A stretch of 64,000 bases of DNA. It comes from Planctomycetaceae bacterium (GTDB lineage Bacteria; Planctomycetota; Planctomycetia; Pirellulales; Pirellulaceae). This document shows positions 35,956-45,512 of this stretch, in pieces (the stretch's first letter is position 1; each line of letters opens with the position of its first letter). The DNA lies in the NCBI GenBank assembly GCA_043775635.1, contig JAYVSE010000111.1:11002-75001 (forward strand), written 5' to 3'. A program made the position numbers and the translations under genes. Below the pieces are notes generated by a model. The model worked only from the letters and a program-made list of their open reading frames with translations, was not told the origin of the DNA and did not search any database.

Positions 35956-36696
35956 GTGAGCATTGGGAACGCGTTGGGAAAGCAAGGACGGACTACGGAA
36001 CCGAAGGAGTACCAGCAGTTGCTGTCGCTGATCCGCGACCCAAGTTTTCGCGACGTGGTTGTCACGACATGGGAGACCGGCTGCCGACCGCAGGAGTCGC
36101 TCCGGGTCGAGGCCCGTCATGTTGATCTGGTCAAACAGCGTTGGGTCTTTCCCAAATCGGAAAGCAAGAACAAGAAGCTCTTGCGAGTGGTTTACCTGAC
36201 TGACACAGCCGCCGAGATCACTCGGCGACTCGTACTGGCCCGCCCGCAGGGCAAGTTGTTCTGCAACGGTGGCGGGACGCCGTGGACCACAGACGCTGTC
36301 AACAACATGTTCATGCGGATTCAGATTCGCATTGGCAAACAGCTCATGCTGGAACGCGGTCTCACGGTATCGGATGAGGCCATCGAGCAGCTCATCCCGA
36401 CCCTTGCCCCCACGCGGAAGCTCAAAGGCAAGCTCCTCAAGAAATCGCCCGTGCTGCTGCGTCAGGAAGCTCGACGCAAACTGTCCAACAGGCTGGCGTG
36501 CAGTCTCGCGCAACGCTGGTCGCTGTACGCCATCCGCCATACCTGGGCCACAAACGCCTTGCAGAAGGGCGTAGACCCGCTGACGACGGCCATTCTGATG
36601 GGACATAGCGACCCCGGCACTCTGTCAAAGGTTTACCAGCATGTGGCATTGAATCCGAGTCACATGCTCAATCAGGCCAAGCGAGCGGCGGAATGA
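35956..36696 (+). pseudogene. Tyrosine recombinase, catalytic domain only (N-terminal core-binding domain missing)
   Basis: TWETGCRPQESLRVEARHVDL...LYAIRHTWATNALQKGVDPLTTAILMGHSDPGTLSKVYQHV. The ORF starts with GTG at the beginning of the catalytic domain, about 330 nt from the IS transposase gene. Confidence 0.6.
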
Positions 36697-36728
36697 CAAA
36701 CCCCGCCTTCGTGGCGGGGTTGTCGTAG

Positions 36729-36950
36729 TCAACTGAGGCTGATGTGACGCAGGCGAGGGCGTTGGCGAGGGAGCTTGGGAATTTCCAGCCTGCGTCCCCG
36801 CTTTGTTGTTTCCAGATAGGCTTCCAGTTGCTCTTCACTGACTCGGACACCCGGGCAGCGATGGTGTTCCAGTCGCCCCGACGTAATCAGACCGTAAATC
36901 GTCGAGACGGAGCAGTTCAGACGCACGGCAACTTGGGTGACTGTCAGCAT
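36729..36950 (-). CDS. Excisionase-type HTH DNA-binding protein
   Basis: ATG at 36950 gives MLTVTQVAVRLNCSVSTIYGLITSGRLEHHR, an HTH_17/Xis-like motif. Confidence 0.6.
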   Translation of the reverse strand: MLTVTQVAVRLNCSVSTIYGLITSGRLEHHRCPGVRVSEEQLEAYLETTKRGRRLEIPKLPRQRPRLRHISLS

Positions 36951-37101
36951 GTACTTTCTCCCGTCTCGATGCAGGGACCAAACAAGCATTGGTCGCGCCG
37001 TTCCACCATTCTTCAGTCGCCCTCCCGTAGGCACATTGGCCCACGGGAGGAATGTCACCTCCTTGGAGTACGGCCGAATAGATCACGTCCTTCGCTATCG
37101 A

Positions 37102-37356
37102 CTACCGTTCGGATTGCTGTTCCCGGACTGGTTCTTTCGCCGGGGTGTTCCGGGCGGCGTAGTTATTGAGGACGGACTCAAAACTCTCATGACCACGTGT
37201 TTCGCTCGTCACCTGAAACTGCGTGGGATTCGCAATGGTGCCCAATTCTTCATGGGTTTGGGTAATTCCGTTCCAAGGGTTGAGAACCGCGTTTTGGAGG
37301 TCTTTGAGTCCGCGTCGCCATTCGGCGGAGAGGACACTCGATGTACTTGCTGCCAT
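37102..37356 (-). CDS. Small hypothetical protein
   Basis: ORF only. It is on the same strand as the coupling-protein gene cluster and downstream of it. Confidence 0.3.
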   Translation of the reverse strand: MAASTSSVLSAEWRRGLKDLQNAVLNPWNGITQTHEELGTIANPTQFQVTSETRGHESFESVLNNYAARNTPAKEPVREQQSER

Positions 37357-37401
37357 GATTTGTCATTCCTGTTTCAAAGGTCGTTGCAGAAACCCAATCA
37401 A

Positions 37402-37977
37402 TCAAAAATCTTTCCGAAGGCCACGCATCCGCTCCGACATGGCCTGTTGTTCGATCTGCATGTCTCGCATGGCGGTGACTTGGCGGCTGATGGCGTATTG
37501 GTTCATGCAGCGGACGATGGTCAACGAGACGATTCCCGCCATCACGAACAGACCCACGGTGGGTGAGAACGGGCAGAGCATCGCCCCGAGGGGCACGCAC
37601 AAGGATGGCTCTTGGTTCTTGGCCTGCGATTCCGACTTTGTGAACGGGACGCGCATCGAGAGCCACGGCCACCCGGAGTACTCACTGTGTTCTCGGTGGC
37701 CACGAGCGTGGAGGAATCCGGTTCTCAGCCGCTGGCAGACCAACGCGATGATCCATGCGTAGAAAAACCACAACATGCGGATGTCGTTAGACTCGGCCAC
37801 GACCAGCATCATCATGATGACCGCAAAGACGCCACTGAAGCCGGGAACGTTCGTCCCGAAGCTGTGCCGGATGAACATCGTGATGCAGATGGCATGAGCG
37901 TTGGCCAGCAGGTACAGCCAGTTCACACCATTGCGAAAGTCGTGTTCAAAGCCGCCCTGTTCAGGTTGTTGAGGCAT
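37402..37977 (-). CDS. Multi-pass membrane protein
   Basis: Starts 2 nt after the upstream stop. Several hydrophobic helices (WLYLLANAHAICITMFI, FSGVFAVIMMMLVVA, LWFFYAWIIALVC, VGLFVMAGIVSLTIV). Confidence 0.6.
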   Translation of the reverse strand: MPQQPEQGGFEHDFRNGVNWLYLLANAHAICITMFIRHSFGTNVPGFSGVFAVIMMMLVVAESNDIRMLWFFYAWIIALVCQRLRTGFLHARGHREHSEYSGWPWLSMRVPFTKSESQAKNQEPSLCVPLGAMLCPFSPTVGLFVMAGIVSLTIVRCMNQYAISRQVTAMRDMQIEQQAMSERMRGLRKDF

Positions 37978-37979
37978 GA

Positions 37980-39512
37980 TTACTCCTGAAAGAAGGTTCT
38001 GTGGATCCAGTTCTCACCTGACGAGAACGGCAAGCCGGACTTGATAACGATGGCATCGCACGCGAGGCCGTTGGCCTGACCGCCCGTGCGATGACCACTC
38101 ATAAAAACGTTTTCTTGGACGATGTTTTCGTAGTGTTCCGAGAAAGAGCCGGTGAATCGACTCTGCCCGAACAAGTCATCACAGACATCTCCGGTCGGAG
38201 CGGATGATCCGCCGAACAATGTCTCTCGCCGTTTACCAAGTTTTTTCACAGCCCATTCGGCGGTATCGACATCGACGGTGTGCAGTAGCGTGTGCGAGAA
38301 TTGCGATAGCAAAGCATGCGTCTGCTGCTTGCCCGATTCGCCCTTGAGTGCGGCATAGAAGTCAGGCAGTCCATGTGCGATATAAATCATGCAGCCGAGG
38401 TGCGACCGACACTGAGCCAGATACTGAGCGTCAAACAAATTCACATGCTGTTGCGCCTCGTCTGCCCAAATTACGTTGATGCAGTCGCCCGGTTTGGCCT
38501 CGCGCCGTAACACGCGGCGTTGCGTGAGATACTTCCAACCGGCACAGACAAAGCTGCCGATATCACCCCATTCCGTCGGCGACATGTTGATTAGTACAAA
38601 CGTCCCGTTGAACATGTCGTCGGGAGTGATGTTGGTTGTCGTGGAGACCAATTCCCGCACCACTCCCGTATTGAAGACGTGAAGCAGCCCCATCACGGAA
38701 GCCAGAATGCTGCTTCGCGTCCGATCTGCTAGCAATGGCATCTCACCGAGCCAGTAGTCAGTGGCCATCGCGACATCGTGCGACTCAACGGGCGACTTCG
38801 CGGCGTTGTGGGCGGCTTCCAGGCACTGACAATGAAAGCCTGCTCGCCACGCATCGCTCGTGAGCTGCTCGGCATTCTGAGCGGCCCCGACAATGAACCG
38901 TTGCAGGTCAGGAGCCGACACCTTGTCCGTCGCGTGCTTCACAATCTCCACGGCGTTGTAGATCATCCGTTCAGACTGTTGTCGCCAGAACGGGTCTTGG
39001 TCGGAGCCGCCGCTGGCGTCACTCGCCCGCAATGATTCCCCGATGGTAAGAATGCACTTCGTGATGTTGCGAGTATGCCCACCATGCCGCATTTCGTAGT
39101 CGAGGAAGTTGAATCTCAGCGGCTCTGACGGCGAGAAAATACGCAGGTCTTGGCTTCGCCCCGCAGCGGCGAAAATCCCTTTCCACATCGTCGCGTCTTC
39201 GGGTTTGCTACCCAAAATTAGCCCGCCACTCATCGGCATCTTTCCGTTCGAGTAACGGACGATGCTCGTGCCAACCAGTTTTCCAGAAGAACTGGTCTTT
39301 CCGGAACCAACGATCCCCAGAATGCACAGACCACCGTTGAGCAATGACCGCACCGAGAACGGATCGCGCGGACTCCAATTGAACAGCGTCGTCTCCAGTG
39401 GATCACTCGGCCCTGTCGGGCAATGTCGCTTGAAGAGGGCGGCAATCACCACCAGCAATAGAGCCGTGAACGTCAAGAAACCGGACACGGCATATGGCAA
39501 CGGAGCGTACAT
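37980..39512 (-). CDS. Type IV coupling protein-like ATPase (VirD4/TraG/TraD family)
   Basis: ATG at 39512. N-terminal TM segment AVSGFLTFTALLLVVIAALF. Walker A ILGIVGSGKTSSSG, Walker B NVIWADEAQQHV. Confidence 0.75.
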   Translation of the reverse strand: MYAPLPYAVSGFLTFTALLLVVIAALFKRHCPTGPSDPLETTLFNWSPRDPFSVRSLLNGGLCILGIVGSGKTSSSGKLVGTSIVRYSNGKMPMSGGLILGSKPEDATMWKGIFAAAGRSQDLRIFSPSEPLRFNFLDYEMRHGGHTRNITKCILTIGESLRASDASGGSDQDPFWRQQSERMIYNAVEIVKHATDKVSAPDLQRFIVGAAQNAEQLTSDAWRAGFHCQCLEAAHNAAKSPVESHDVAMATDYWLGEMPLLADRTRSSILASVMGLLHVFNTGVVRELVSTTTNITPDDMFNGTFVLINMSPTEWGDIGSFVCAGWKYLTQRRVLRREAKPGDCINVIWADEAQQHVNLFDAQYLAQCRSHLGCMIYIAHGLPDFYAALKGESGKQQTHALLSQFSHTLLHTVDVDTAEWAVKKLGKRRETLFGGSSAPTGDVCDDLFGQSRFTGSFSEHYENIVQENVFMSGHRTGGQANGLACDAIVIKSGLPFSSGENWIHRTFFQE

Positions 39513-39638
39513 GGGCGACCTTCCACTGTTGAAACCGGTGCCACCGGTTTGAATGAACAAGGGCCAGCCCTAGCCGCTCGATATGCGCATGCACCGTCCT
39601 AGAGTGCGACTTCCTTCAACGCTGTCATCCCAACCCAA

Positions 39639-40016
39639 TCACCGGCGAACTCTTTGTGAGTCCCACCATTCACGCTCCGCTCGGCTTGCAGCCAATTGTT
39701 TTCGGAGCACGATTCCCTTGCGAACGGTGAGGACCAGCATCGTGAGCACCACAGCCATGAAGCCACACATAAACAGTTCCGTCTCTTCTTCGGTCCCCGA
39801 CTGGACCATCATCAGAGTGAACTGATCGAGCGGCGTTCCATCGGGGCGAGCCAATCCACTCGCATCAACCAACGTGCGCGGCATGCCGTAGCGCCCGAAC
39901 TCCCAGCGAGTTCCAAATTGGCTCGCGTGGTAAAACACGAGTCCCAGCATGAACAACGGGCCGACCAGCGCAAACAAACGATCGGAGGCTTTCATGGCAA
40001 TGGTTCCCAATAACAT
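39639..40016 (-). CDS. Small two-TM membrane protein
   Basis: LFALVGPLFMLGLVFY and FMCGFMAVVLTMLVLTV. Same-strand cluster. Confidence 0.5.
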   Translation of the reverse strand: MLLGTIAMKASDRLFALVGPLFMLGLVFYHASQFGTRWEFGRYGMPRTLVDASGLARPDGTPLDQFTLMMVQSGTEEETELFMCGFMAVVLTMLVLTVRKGIVLRKQLAASRAEREWWDSQRVRR

Positions 40017-40055
40017 CGTGGTGAATCAAGAAGGGGCCGTCGCGGCCCGACAAAC

Positions 40056-40976
40056 TCATGCCGCCTTGCACTGATCCTTGAGCATGGCGATGAATGTCCC
40101 CAGCTCGACCCCTTGCGGCCTCACCTTGCGAGCCTTGCCCAGCAGTTCTTCGAGGATTTCGATAAAGCCCTCCAGGCTCAGTGAGTGACCAACGACCGTG
40201 ACGGTTCGTCCATCACCCAACTGAGCCGTGGCTCGACCGGTGGCAACACTCGGGTCTTTCGTGACGCTCTTCGCCTGGGCCTTGATCGCCCCGGCGAGCC
40301 CATCCCGAGTCAGCCGCCCGGCGGCGAACTGGTTCGCCAATTCCTGCTGCTGGCCCGCATCGCCAACGCGAGAAAGCTCGTAGGCTGCACTGGCGGGAAT
40401 CAACCCCGCAGCCACTTGATTCTGAATCGATTCCGGTAATGTCAGCATCGCCAGCAACCGCGTCGCCGACGCATTACTGATTCCAAGCCGAGTCGCCGCC
40501 TCTCCTGCCTTCCACCCGGTGGACTTCATTAGCTCGACGATGGCGGTGGCCTTTTCCAGAGGCGTGAGATCTTCTCGCTGCACGTTTTCAATCAATTGCC
40601 GTTGCAGCACTTCACCTTCGCACAGATCCTTGCCTTCGATGATGACCGCGAGTGATGTCAGTCCGGCCATTGGAGCCGCCCTCCATCTTCGCTCTCCGCT
40701 CACCAGCATGAACTTTTCCCCAAATCGACGAACCCGGCACGGCTGCAACTGTCCAACCTCTTTGAGACTCGTCGCCATGCCGTCCAAGGATTCCTGATCA
40801 AACACCTTCCGTACCTGAACGTTTGCGACAATCTTGTCGAGCGGTATGTGCTGAATCTGTTCCACGCCGATGCTCCTTGTAATTGCTTGCCTATATGGTG
40901 AATCAGACGTTCGGGTGCTGCGTGAGCAACAGCACCCGAACGATCCGAAATCAATGACGTTGCCACTGGTCCTCAT
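40056..40976 (-). CDS. parB: ParB/Spo0J-family partition / nuclease-like DNA-binding protein
   Basis: IPLDKIVANVQVRKVFDQESLDGMATSLKEVGQLQPCRVRR.GEKFMLVSGERRWRAA is the ParB box (GERRxRA). An HTH follows (GEAATRLGISNASATRLL). I saw no ParA gene. Confidence 0.8.
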   Translation of the reverse strand: MRTSGNVIDFGSFGCCCSRSTRTSDSPYRQAITRSIGVEQIQHIPLDKIVANVQVRKVFDQESLDGMATSLKEVGQLQPCRVRRFGEKFMLVSGERRWRAAPMAGLTSLAVIIEGKDLCEGEVLQRQLIENVQREDLTPLEKATAIVELMKSTGWKAGEAATRLGISNASATRLLAMLTLPESIQNQVAAGLIPASAAYELSRVGDAGQQQELANQFAAGRLTRDGLAGAIKAQAKSVTKDPSVATGRATAQLGDGRTVTVVGHSLSLEGFIEILEELLGKARKVRPQGVELGTFIAMLKDQCKAA

Positions 40977-40997
40977 GCTGCTCCAGCAAGCCGTCCC

Positions 40998-41867
40998 TCA
41001 TTGCTTTGAGTTGCTGCGAAAGAACCGCTTCCGAAGTTCTCGTTGCAGGAGTCCGCCGATGAGCACCGTCCGGCGTCCGTTCCGGTCAAAGAACCGGAAA
41101 TAAACAAACCCGGCAGCGGCCAGCGTTCCCCCGAACAGCAGCAAGGTTCCACCGTAGTGGCGGCCCGCTTCTTCGACCAAAGGCCGAACGGCGGAGTCGG
41201 CGACGATCCCTGTCAACTGCACCGTCCCATTCAAGAATGGCTCGGGGTTCGCCAGAAATGTGGCCATTGTTGCACCGATGGCGAGTGCCCCCTTGTTGCG
41301 CCAAATGAACTCGCAAGCTGGGTCACCAAACTTGGCCACCACATCCACCAGTGGCTTTTGCAATGTGCTGTCCGAGGCCAGCATCGCAAGGCGTCGTCCG
41401 TTCTGCGGCGTGACATGAGCCAGCGCCTTTGCCCCAGACTCGGCGAACGTCTCGACCAGACCTTCGCCGACCGTTCCGTGTCGGACGAGCGACTCCGCCG
41501 CGTCGTCCCCGTACTGAGCAATCAGTTTCAGGGACCGAGGCTTCGCCGCAAGCTCCACGGCGTCATCGCCATACTTGCCGAGCAGGCGCAGTGCGAGACC
41601 ACCATTTTCGGCGGCCTCTTGAGCCACTCGCCCCGCCACCGGGCCAACTTTCCGAAAGGCCGCTGAAACGACTTCGTCACCGTGCTGCACAGCCAGTTGC
41701 GACATCCGTTTGGATAGCCGGTCGATTCCCTCAACCGCAATTTCCTTCCCGAATTTCCGGGTCATGAACTCCACCGATTCCTGCACGGCCTTGGAAGTGA
41801 CTCCCGCCCAGGCAACGTGTTCCCACAGCACAGCCATGATGACCGCCACCACTTGCATAATCTTCAT
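40998..41867 (-). CDS. Secreted or membrane-anchored helical-repeat protein
   Basis: Signal-like N-terminus MQVVAVIMAVLWEHVAWAG and C-terminal TM segment LLLFGGTLAAAGFVYF. Confidence 0.5.
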   Translation of the reverse strand: MKIMQVVAVIMAVLWEHVAWAGVTSKAVQESVEFMTRKFGKEIAVEGIDRLSKRMSQLAVQHGDEVVSAAFRKVGPVAGRVAQEAAENGGLALRLLGKYGDDAVELAAKPRSLKLIAQYGDDAAESLVRHGTVGEGLVETFAESGAKALAHVTPQNGRRLAMLASDSTLQKPLVDVVAKFGDPACEFIWRNKGALAIGATMATFLANPEPFLNGTVQLTGIVADSAVRPLVEEAGRHYGGTLLLFGGTLAAAGFVYFRFFDRNGRRTVLIGGLLQRELRKRFFRSNSKQ

Positions 41868-41912
41868 CGAATGCCCCCTCTTCTCTGTTTTGGGTTTGGG
41901 ATCAGGATTGGA

Positions 41913-42911
41913 TCAGAGTGCCATACCGGTCAGCACGACCTGTTCGATGGCCCGCCGACGCGCCACGTTGCGGCGATTGGTATAGTCCTGCAAACGCCCC
42001 TTCATTCCGGGGGTTCGCTCGCTTCCTTCGAGGATCAGCCGTTCCATCTCGTTGAGGTTCTCGTTCACCTTGTTTGCGAGCTGCCCCGCCGGGTCGAACG
42101 CCTCGTTGTAGATTTCGGAGACGATGGCATCGACGATCAGGCCGACGACAACTCCGATCCCAAACGTCTGCCAGCCCGAGGCGGCTCCGGCACTCAGAAT
42201 TCCGGCCGACGCCGCCAGTTGCGCGGCCACATGGGCGAGAATCTCACCCGCCACCAACGAGACGATCTCTTGAGCGATCATCCCTCGGAAATCCCCAGCC
42301 GCCGCCTGAGCCGACGTTTCAAGGGCAGCACGCAGTGCCTGACTCAATGCCTCCCGATCAATCGCCACCGCGACACCGGTCGAGGGCAGCGCCACCAGAT
42401 CGGCTTCCATCGAAACGAGCATTTGTGACTCGATGTCACCGAGCCGTCGCAGATATCCACCGATCATCCGTTCCATCAACTGTTCAAGTTCGTCGGGGCT
42501 GAACAGATTGGCCGCAAAGCGCTCCTGAAGAAACGTCGCATGATCACCGTTATTCGTGAAGAAATCGGTGGTGAGCTTGAGCTTGCTGTCCCACCCCAGT
42601 GCCTCGACCGCAAATGGCCGACTTCGCTCACGGGCCTTGGCGAAGAACTCGTGGACCTCATTCAGATACGGATTGAGACCCACGGCACTCTCGCGGTCGG
42701 CCCAATCGAGATGCCGATGCAGGACTTCGGTTGCCCCTTTCACCTTCACGGACCTTGCCTCGCCACTTGGCTCGCTTCCACTGCTGGACAGGGCGACTCG
42801 CAACATCACCGCCATGATCACTCCGGCCGTTACCCCGAGGGCCGTCATCACGGTCCTGTTCGGATTCGTCTTCAACGCATTCCACTTCGCTACCATCGAA
42901 TTTGCAGACAT
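41913..42911 (-). CDS. Membrane protein with a Gly/Ala-rich C-terminal TM region
   Basis: ATG at 42911 (MSANSMVAKWN...). TM segments TALGVTAGVIMAVML and GWQTFGIGVVVGLIVDAIV. Confidence 0.5.
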   Translation of the reverse strand: MSANSMVAKWNALKTNPNRTVMTALGVTAGVIMAVMLRVALSSSGSEPSGEARSVKVKGATEVLHRHLDWADRESAVGLNPYLNEVHEFFAKARERSRPFAVEALGWDSKLKLTTDFFTNNGDHATFLQERFAANLFSPDELEQLMERMIGGYLRRLGDIESQMLVSMEADLVALPSTGVAVAIDREALSQALRAALETSAQAAAGDFRGMIAQEIVSLVAGEILAHVAAQLAASAGILSAGAASGWQTFGIGVVVGLIVDAIVSEIYNEAFDPAGQLANKVNENLNEMERLILEGSERTPGMKGRLQDYTNRRNVARRRAIEQVVLTGMAL

Positions 42912-43134
42912 GACTAAGCTCCTCAAGAAAACTGCGGGGAACAACAAACACAGACACAAAAAACGACCACGAATGATCCAGCGGACTGAAGTCCTTTGAA
43001 CCATCCGTGGTCGCGACATTTCCGGCCAAGACGCGGCGCGTGTTGCTTGGTCGGAATATTCAGAGCAGTGGCCGCTGCTTCCCGACTGCCACTCTCAAGC
43101 ACCTCGATATCCGAGCAACCATCTCAATCACTGC

Positions 43135-43359
43135 TCAGTTGCCGCGCTGGTAAGCGTCGATTTCGAGCCTCTTCTTCTCCGTGTCGACTGACACGTTTTC
43201 GATGCTCTTGATCGCCCATACAGTGCCTGCAACTGCCCCGACAGCCGTCGCTGCTTGTGTGACTCCTGCAACAGCAACAACGGTCTCGGGGCCACATCCA
43301 ACAAATCCGGTCACAATCAAACTTGCCGCCAGAATCGCCTTCAGTGTTTGCTTCTTCAT
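43135..43359 (-). CDS. Small lipoprotein
   Basis: AGGAGA RBS and ATG at 43359. MKKQTLKAILAASLIVTGFVGC carries a lipobox. Confidence 0.6.
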   Translation of the reverse strand: MKKQTLKAILAASLIVTGFVGCGPETVVAVAGVTQAATAVGAVAGTVWAIKSIENVSVDTEKKRLEIDAYQRGN

Positions 43360-43746
43360 TCCAATTCTCCTTCGTAAGAACACGATTGGTGCTTGAAGTC
43401 CGTCACGCACGCAGATGCACCGGAATACTGCGTGAACATCAGAAGCGCCCTGCAACGATGGGCGGGCCACGTCGCTTTTTTCTTCATCGACTTCCATCGA
43501 ACTGGTTGTCATGCGGCTGTTCTGGATGACGAGCCGTCGCACGCATCACGCGTTGACATTCACAATTGGCCGTGATAAGCACATAAATCAGTAAACGTGA
43601 ACAAATAGGCGTGCGTGGAAGAAGGCGGTCTACATCGAGACCAAGCTGCGAAAACACGGCGTCAGGCTGAGTTGGCCCCTGCTCGCTTTACCGTGCAGGC
43701 AACGCTGCGCGGATACTCGCCGGGTATTCGGTTGTGGAGCCACATC

Positions 43747-44136
43747 ATGCCGGGGCATGAGTCGGATTTTGAGGTTGATACGTTCAAGGCAGCGTATTGC
43801 GAGACGATTCCGCTGGCGATTGCGGACCAGATTGATGGCATCCTCATCGACTGGCTGAAAGATCCTGACGTTAGTTGTCAGGAACTCGTCGTGCGGGTGG
43901 ACAGCATCATCGCTGAGCTAGAAGTGCTGCATCAGCAGCTAGCCAACACAAGTGACTACCAACCCCATGAGGACATGGTTCCGTCACTCGTTGAATCGCT
44001 GCTCAGCATCCGGGACGATGTTCTGCCGGATCGCTCGCAGCACGAAGCATTCAGCCGAGTCATCAACAAGATACGAGCCTATTACAATCCAGGTCTCTCC
44101 CAAGATTGCGCAAAACGCCCGCTTGGCAGGGGATAG
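43747..44136 (+). CDS. Hypothetical protein
   Basis: ATG at 43747 (MPGHESDFEVDTF...). No motif recognised. Confidence 0.4.
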   Translation: MPGHESDFEVDTFKAAYCETIPLAIADQIDGILIDWLKDPDVSCQELVVRVDSIIAELEVLHQQLANTSDYQPHEDMVPSLVESLLSIRDDVLPDRSQHEAFSRVINKIRAYYNPGLSQDCAKRPLGRG

Positions 44137-44197
44137 CCCGAACGTGCCGTATCCAGACATTTTTCAACTGTCGGAGACTGCCCGGTAAAACCTGCAA

Positions 44198-45427
44198 TTG
44201 CCGCACTCGCCGGTGCCGCAGTGGGTTGCGGAATTGTCTGAAAATAACTGTGAAGAAAACGAGCCTCACAGTTCCCCTAATTGCGGAAGCAGAACGAATT
44301 CACCACTTCGACGGAGTCTTCCCATGCCTTTCGACACAACGATGGCCGCGCTCGTCGCGCTCCGGAGCGGTTCACCGGAACAGCGTGAGAAGGCCGTAAT
44401 TGAATTCTACTCTTCCTCAGAGCCTCAGATTCGTGAGTCACTACTCGCTCACTCCACCTTTTGGGACTCAACGATCGGTTTTTCTTCAGCGCCTTTTGAA
44501 GAGTTGTGGGTCAAGGCGGCCGAGCTGTGTCGTACCGAATCGGTTCAGCAGCAAATAAGTCACATGAATCAGGCGATCGAATGCAACTCAGATTTCGGAC
44601 AGAAAGTGGTTCTCTTCAAACCGCTCGCCGGCGTCATAGCGCAATTTCTGATTCTGAGCAGCGCGCCCGAAAAACTCGCCCGGATGTTCAGCGAAACATT
44701 CGTTGTCAACGACAAACACCGCGCCGACGCAACAGCCAGGGCGAATGGGAAACCTGCAAAGCCAATAGCGCTCTCAGACCTTGAACTGCTCCAAGGCCCC
44801 GACCCTCAAGAGAAACCATCTCCGCTCGTGCTTGCCGTCAAGAATTGGGATGTGCCTGTCAACGATGAAGCCGGTGTCTCTCCCGAGGCCGATGAGTCAC
44901 TGCGCACGTACCGATTGAAATGGGGATACCTACGCAGGGCGCTGATCGAGGCTGCCTTGCCGAAACTTCATGATGACGCGGCGATTGCAGAGAGTCTGAT
45001 CGACGAGACTCTCGCGATCGCCGTATCTAAGGAACCCCATAAACCCATCCGGCATCCAGCTAAGTATGTCTGGTCCCGGTTTCTGAGGTATGGAATTCGG
45101 AAATACAACAGCTCACGCAATCAGGTCATACCACTGGATGACGCCAACCTTGAGGTTCACGTCCCAATCGGCAAGCGGCCTTCGCCAGAGACTCCGCCAC
45201 AGGATGTCGGCCCGGAGGACCGGCAGTGGCTTCACAACCAACTCTCCCGGTTCCCACCCACTGACCGGCAACTGCTGATTGCCAAGCTGTGCGACAGACT
45301 CCAGCCCAAACCATCCGCTCAGAAACTGTTCTACTATTTCAAGGTGTTCATGAACAACAAGAGCGCGTGGCAGAAATACAACCGAGCCTGGAACAAACTA
45401 GAGGGCCTGTTCAAGAAACTCCACTGA
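44198..45427 (+). CDS. Hypothetical protein with a sigma-70/ECF-like C-terminal half (weak)
   Basis: AESLIDETLAIAV...YVWSRFLRYGIRKYNSSR is region-2-like. LSRFPPTDRQLLIAKLCD...AWQKYNRAWNKLEGLF is region-4-like. The start may be the ATG at 44324. Confidence 0.45.
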   Translation: MPHSPVPQWVAELSENNCEENEPHSSPNCGSRTNSPLRRSLPMPFDTTMAALVALRSGSPEQREKAVIEFYSSSEPQIRESLLAHSTFWDSTIGFSSAPFEELWVKAAELCRTESVQQQISHMNQAIECNSDFGQKVVLFKPLAGVIAQFLILSSAPEKLARMFSETFVVNDKHRADATARANGKPAKPIALSDLELLQGPDPQEKPSPLVLAVKNWDVPVNDEAGVSPEADESLRTYRLKWGYLRRALIEAALPKLHDDAAIAESLIDETLAIAVSKEPHKPIRHPAKYVWSRFLRYGIRKYNSSRNQVIPLDDANLEVHVPIGKRPSPETPPQDVGPEDRQWLHNQLSRFPPTDRQLLIAKLCDRLQPKPSAQKLFYYFKVFMNNKSAWQKYNRAWNKLEGLFKKLH

Positions 45428-45512
45428 TTGTGCCGCGAGCATCACCGATGCGTCGCGACGCTGCCGTGCCTTTTCCGTCAGATCACACAACACTTACCAC
45501 GCGGAGTTCACC

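Noticed and set aside
35662-36606. 314-aa ORF on the minus strand
   Set aside because: It is antisense to the tyrosine-recombinase catalytic-domain ORF, which carries clear R/HxxR/Y-context motifs. The 314-aa product is Arg/Gly/Pro-rich with no motif, a typical shadow ORF of GC-rich DNA.
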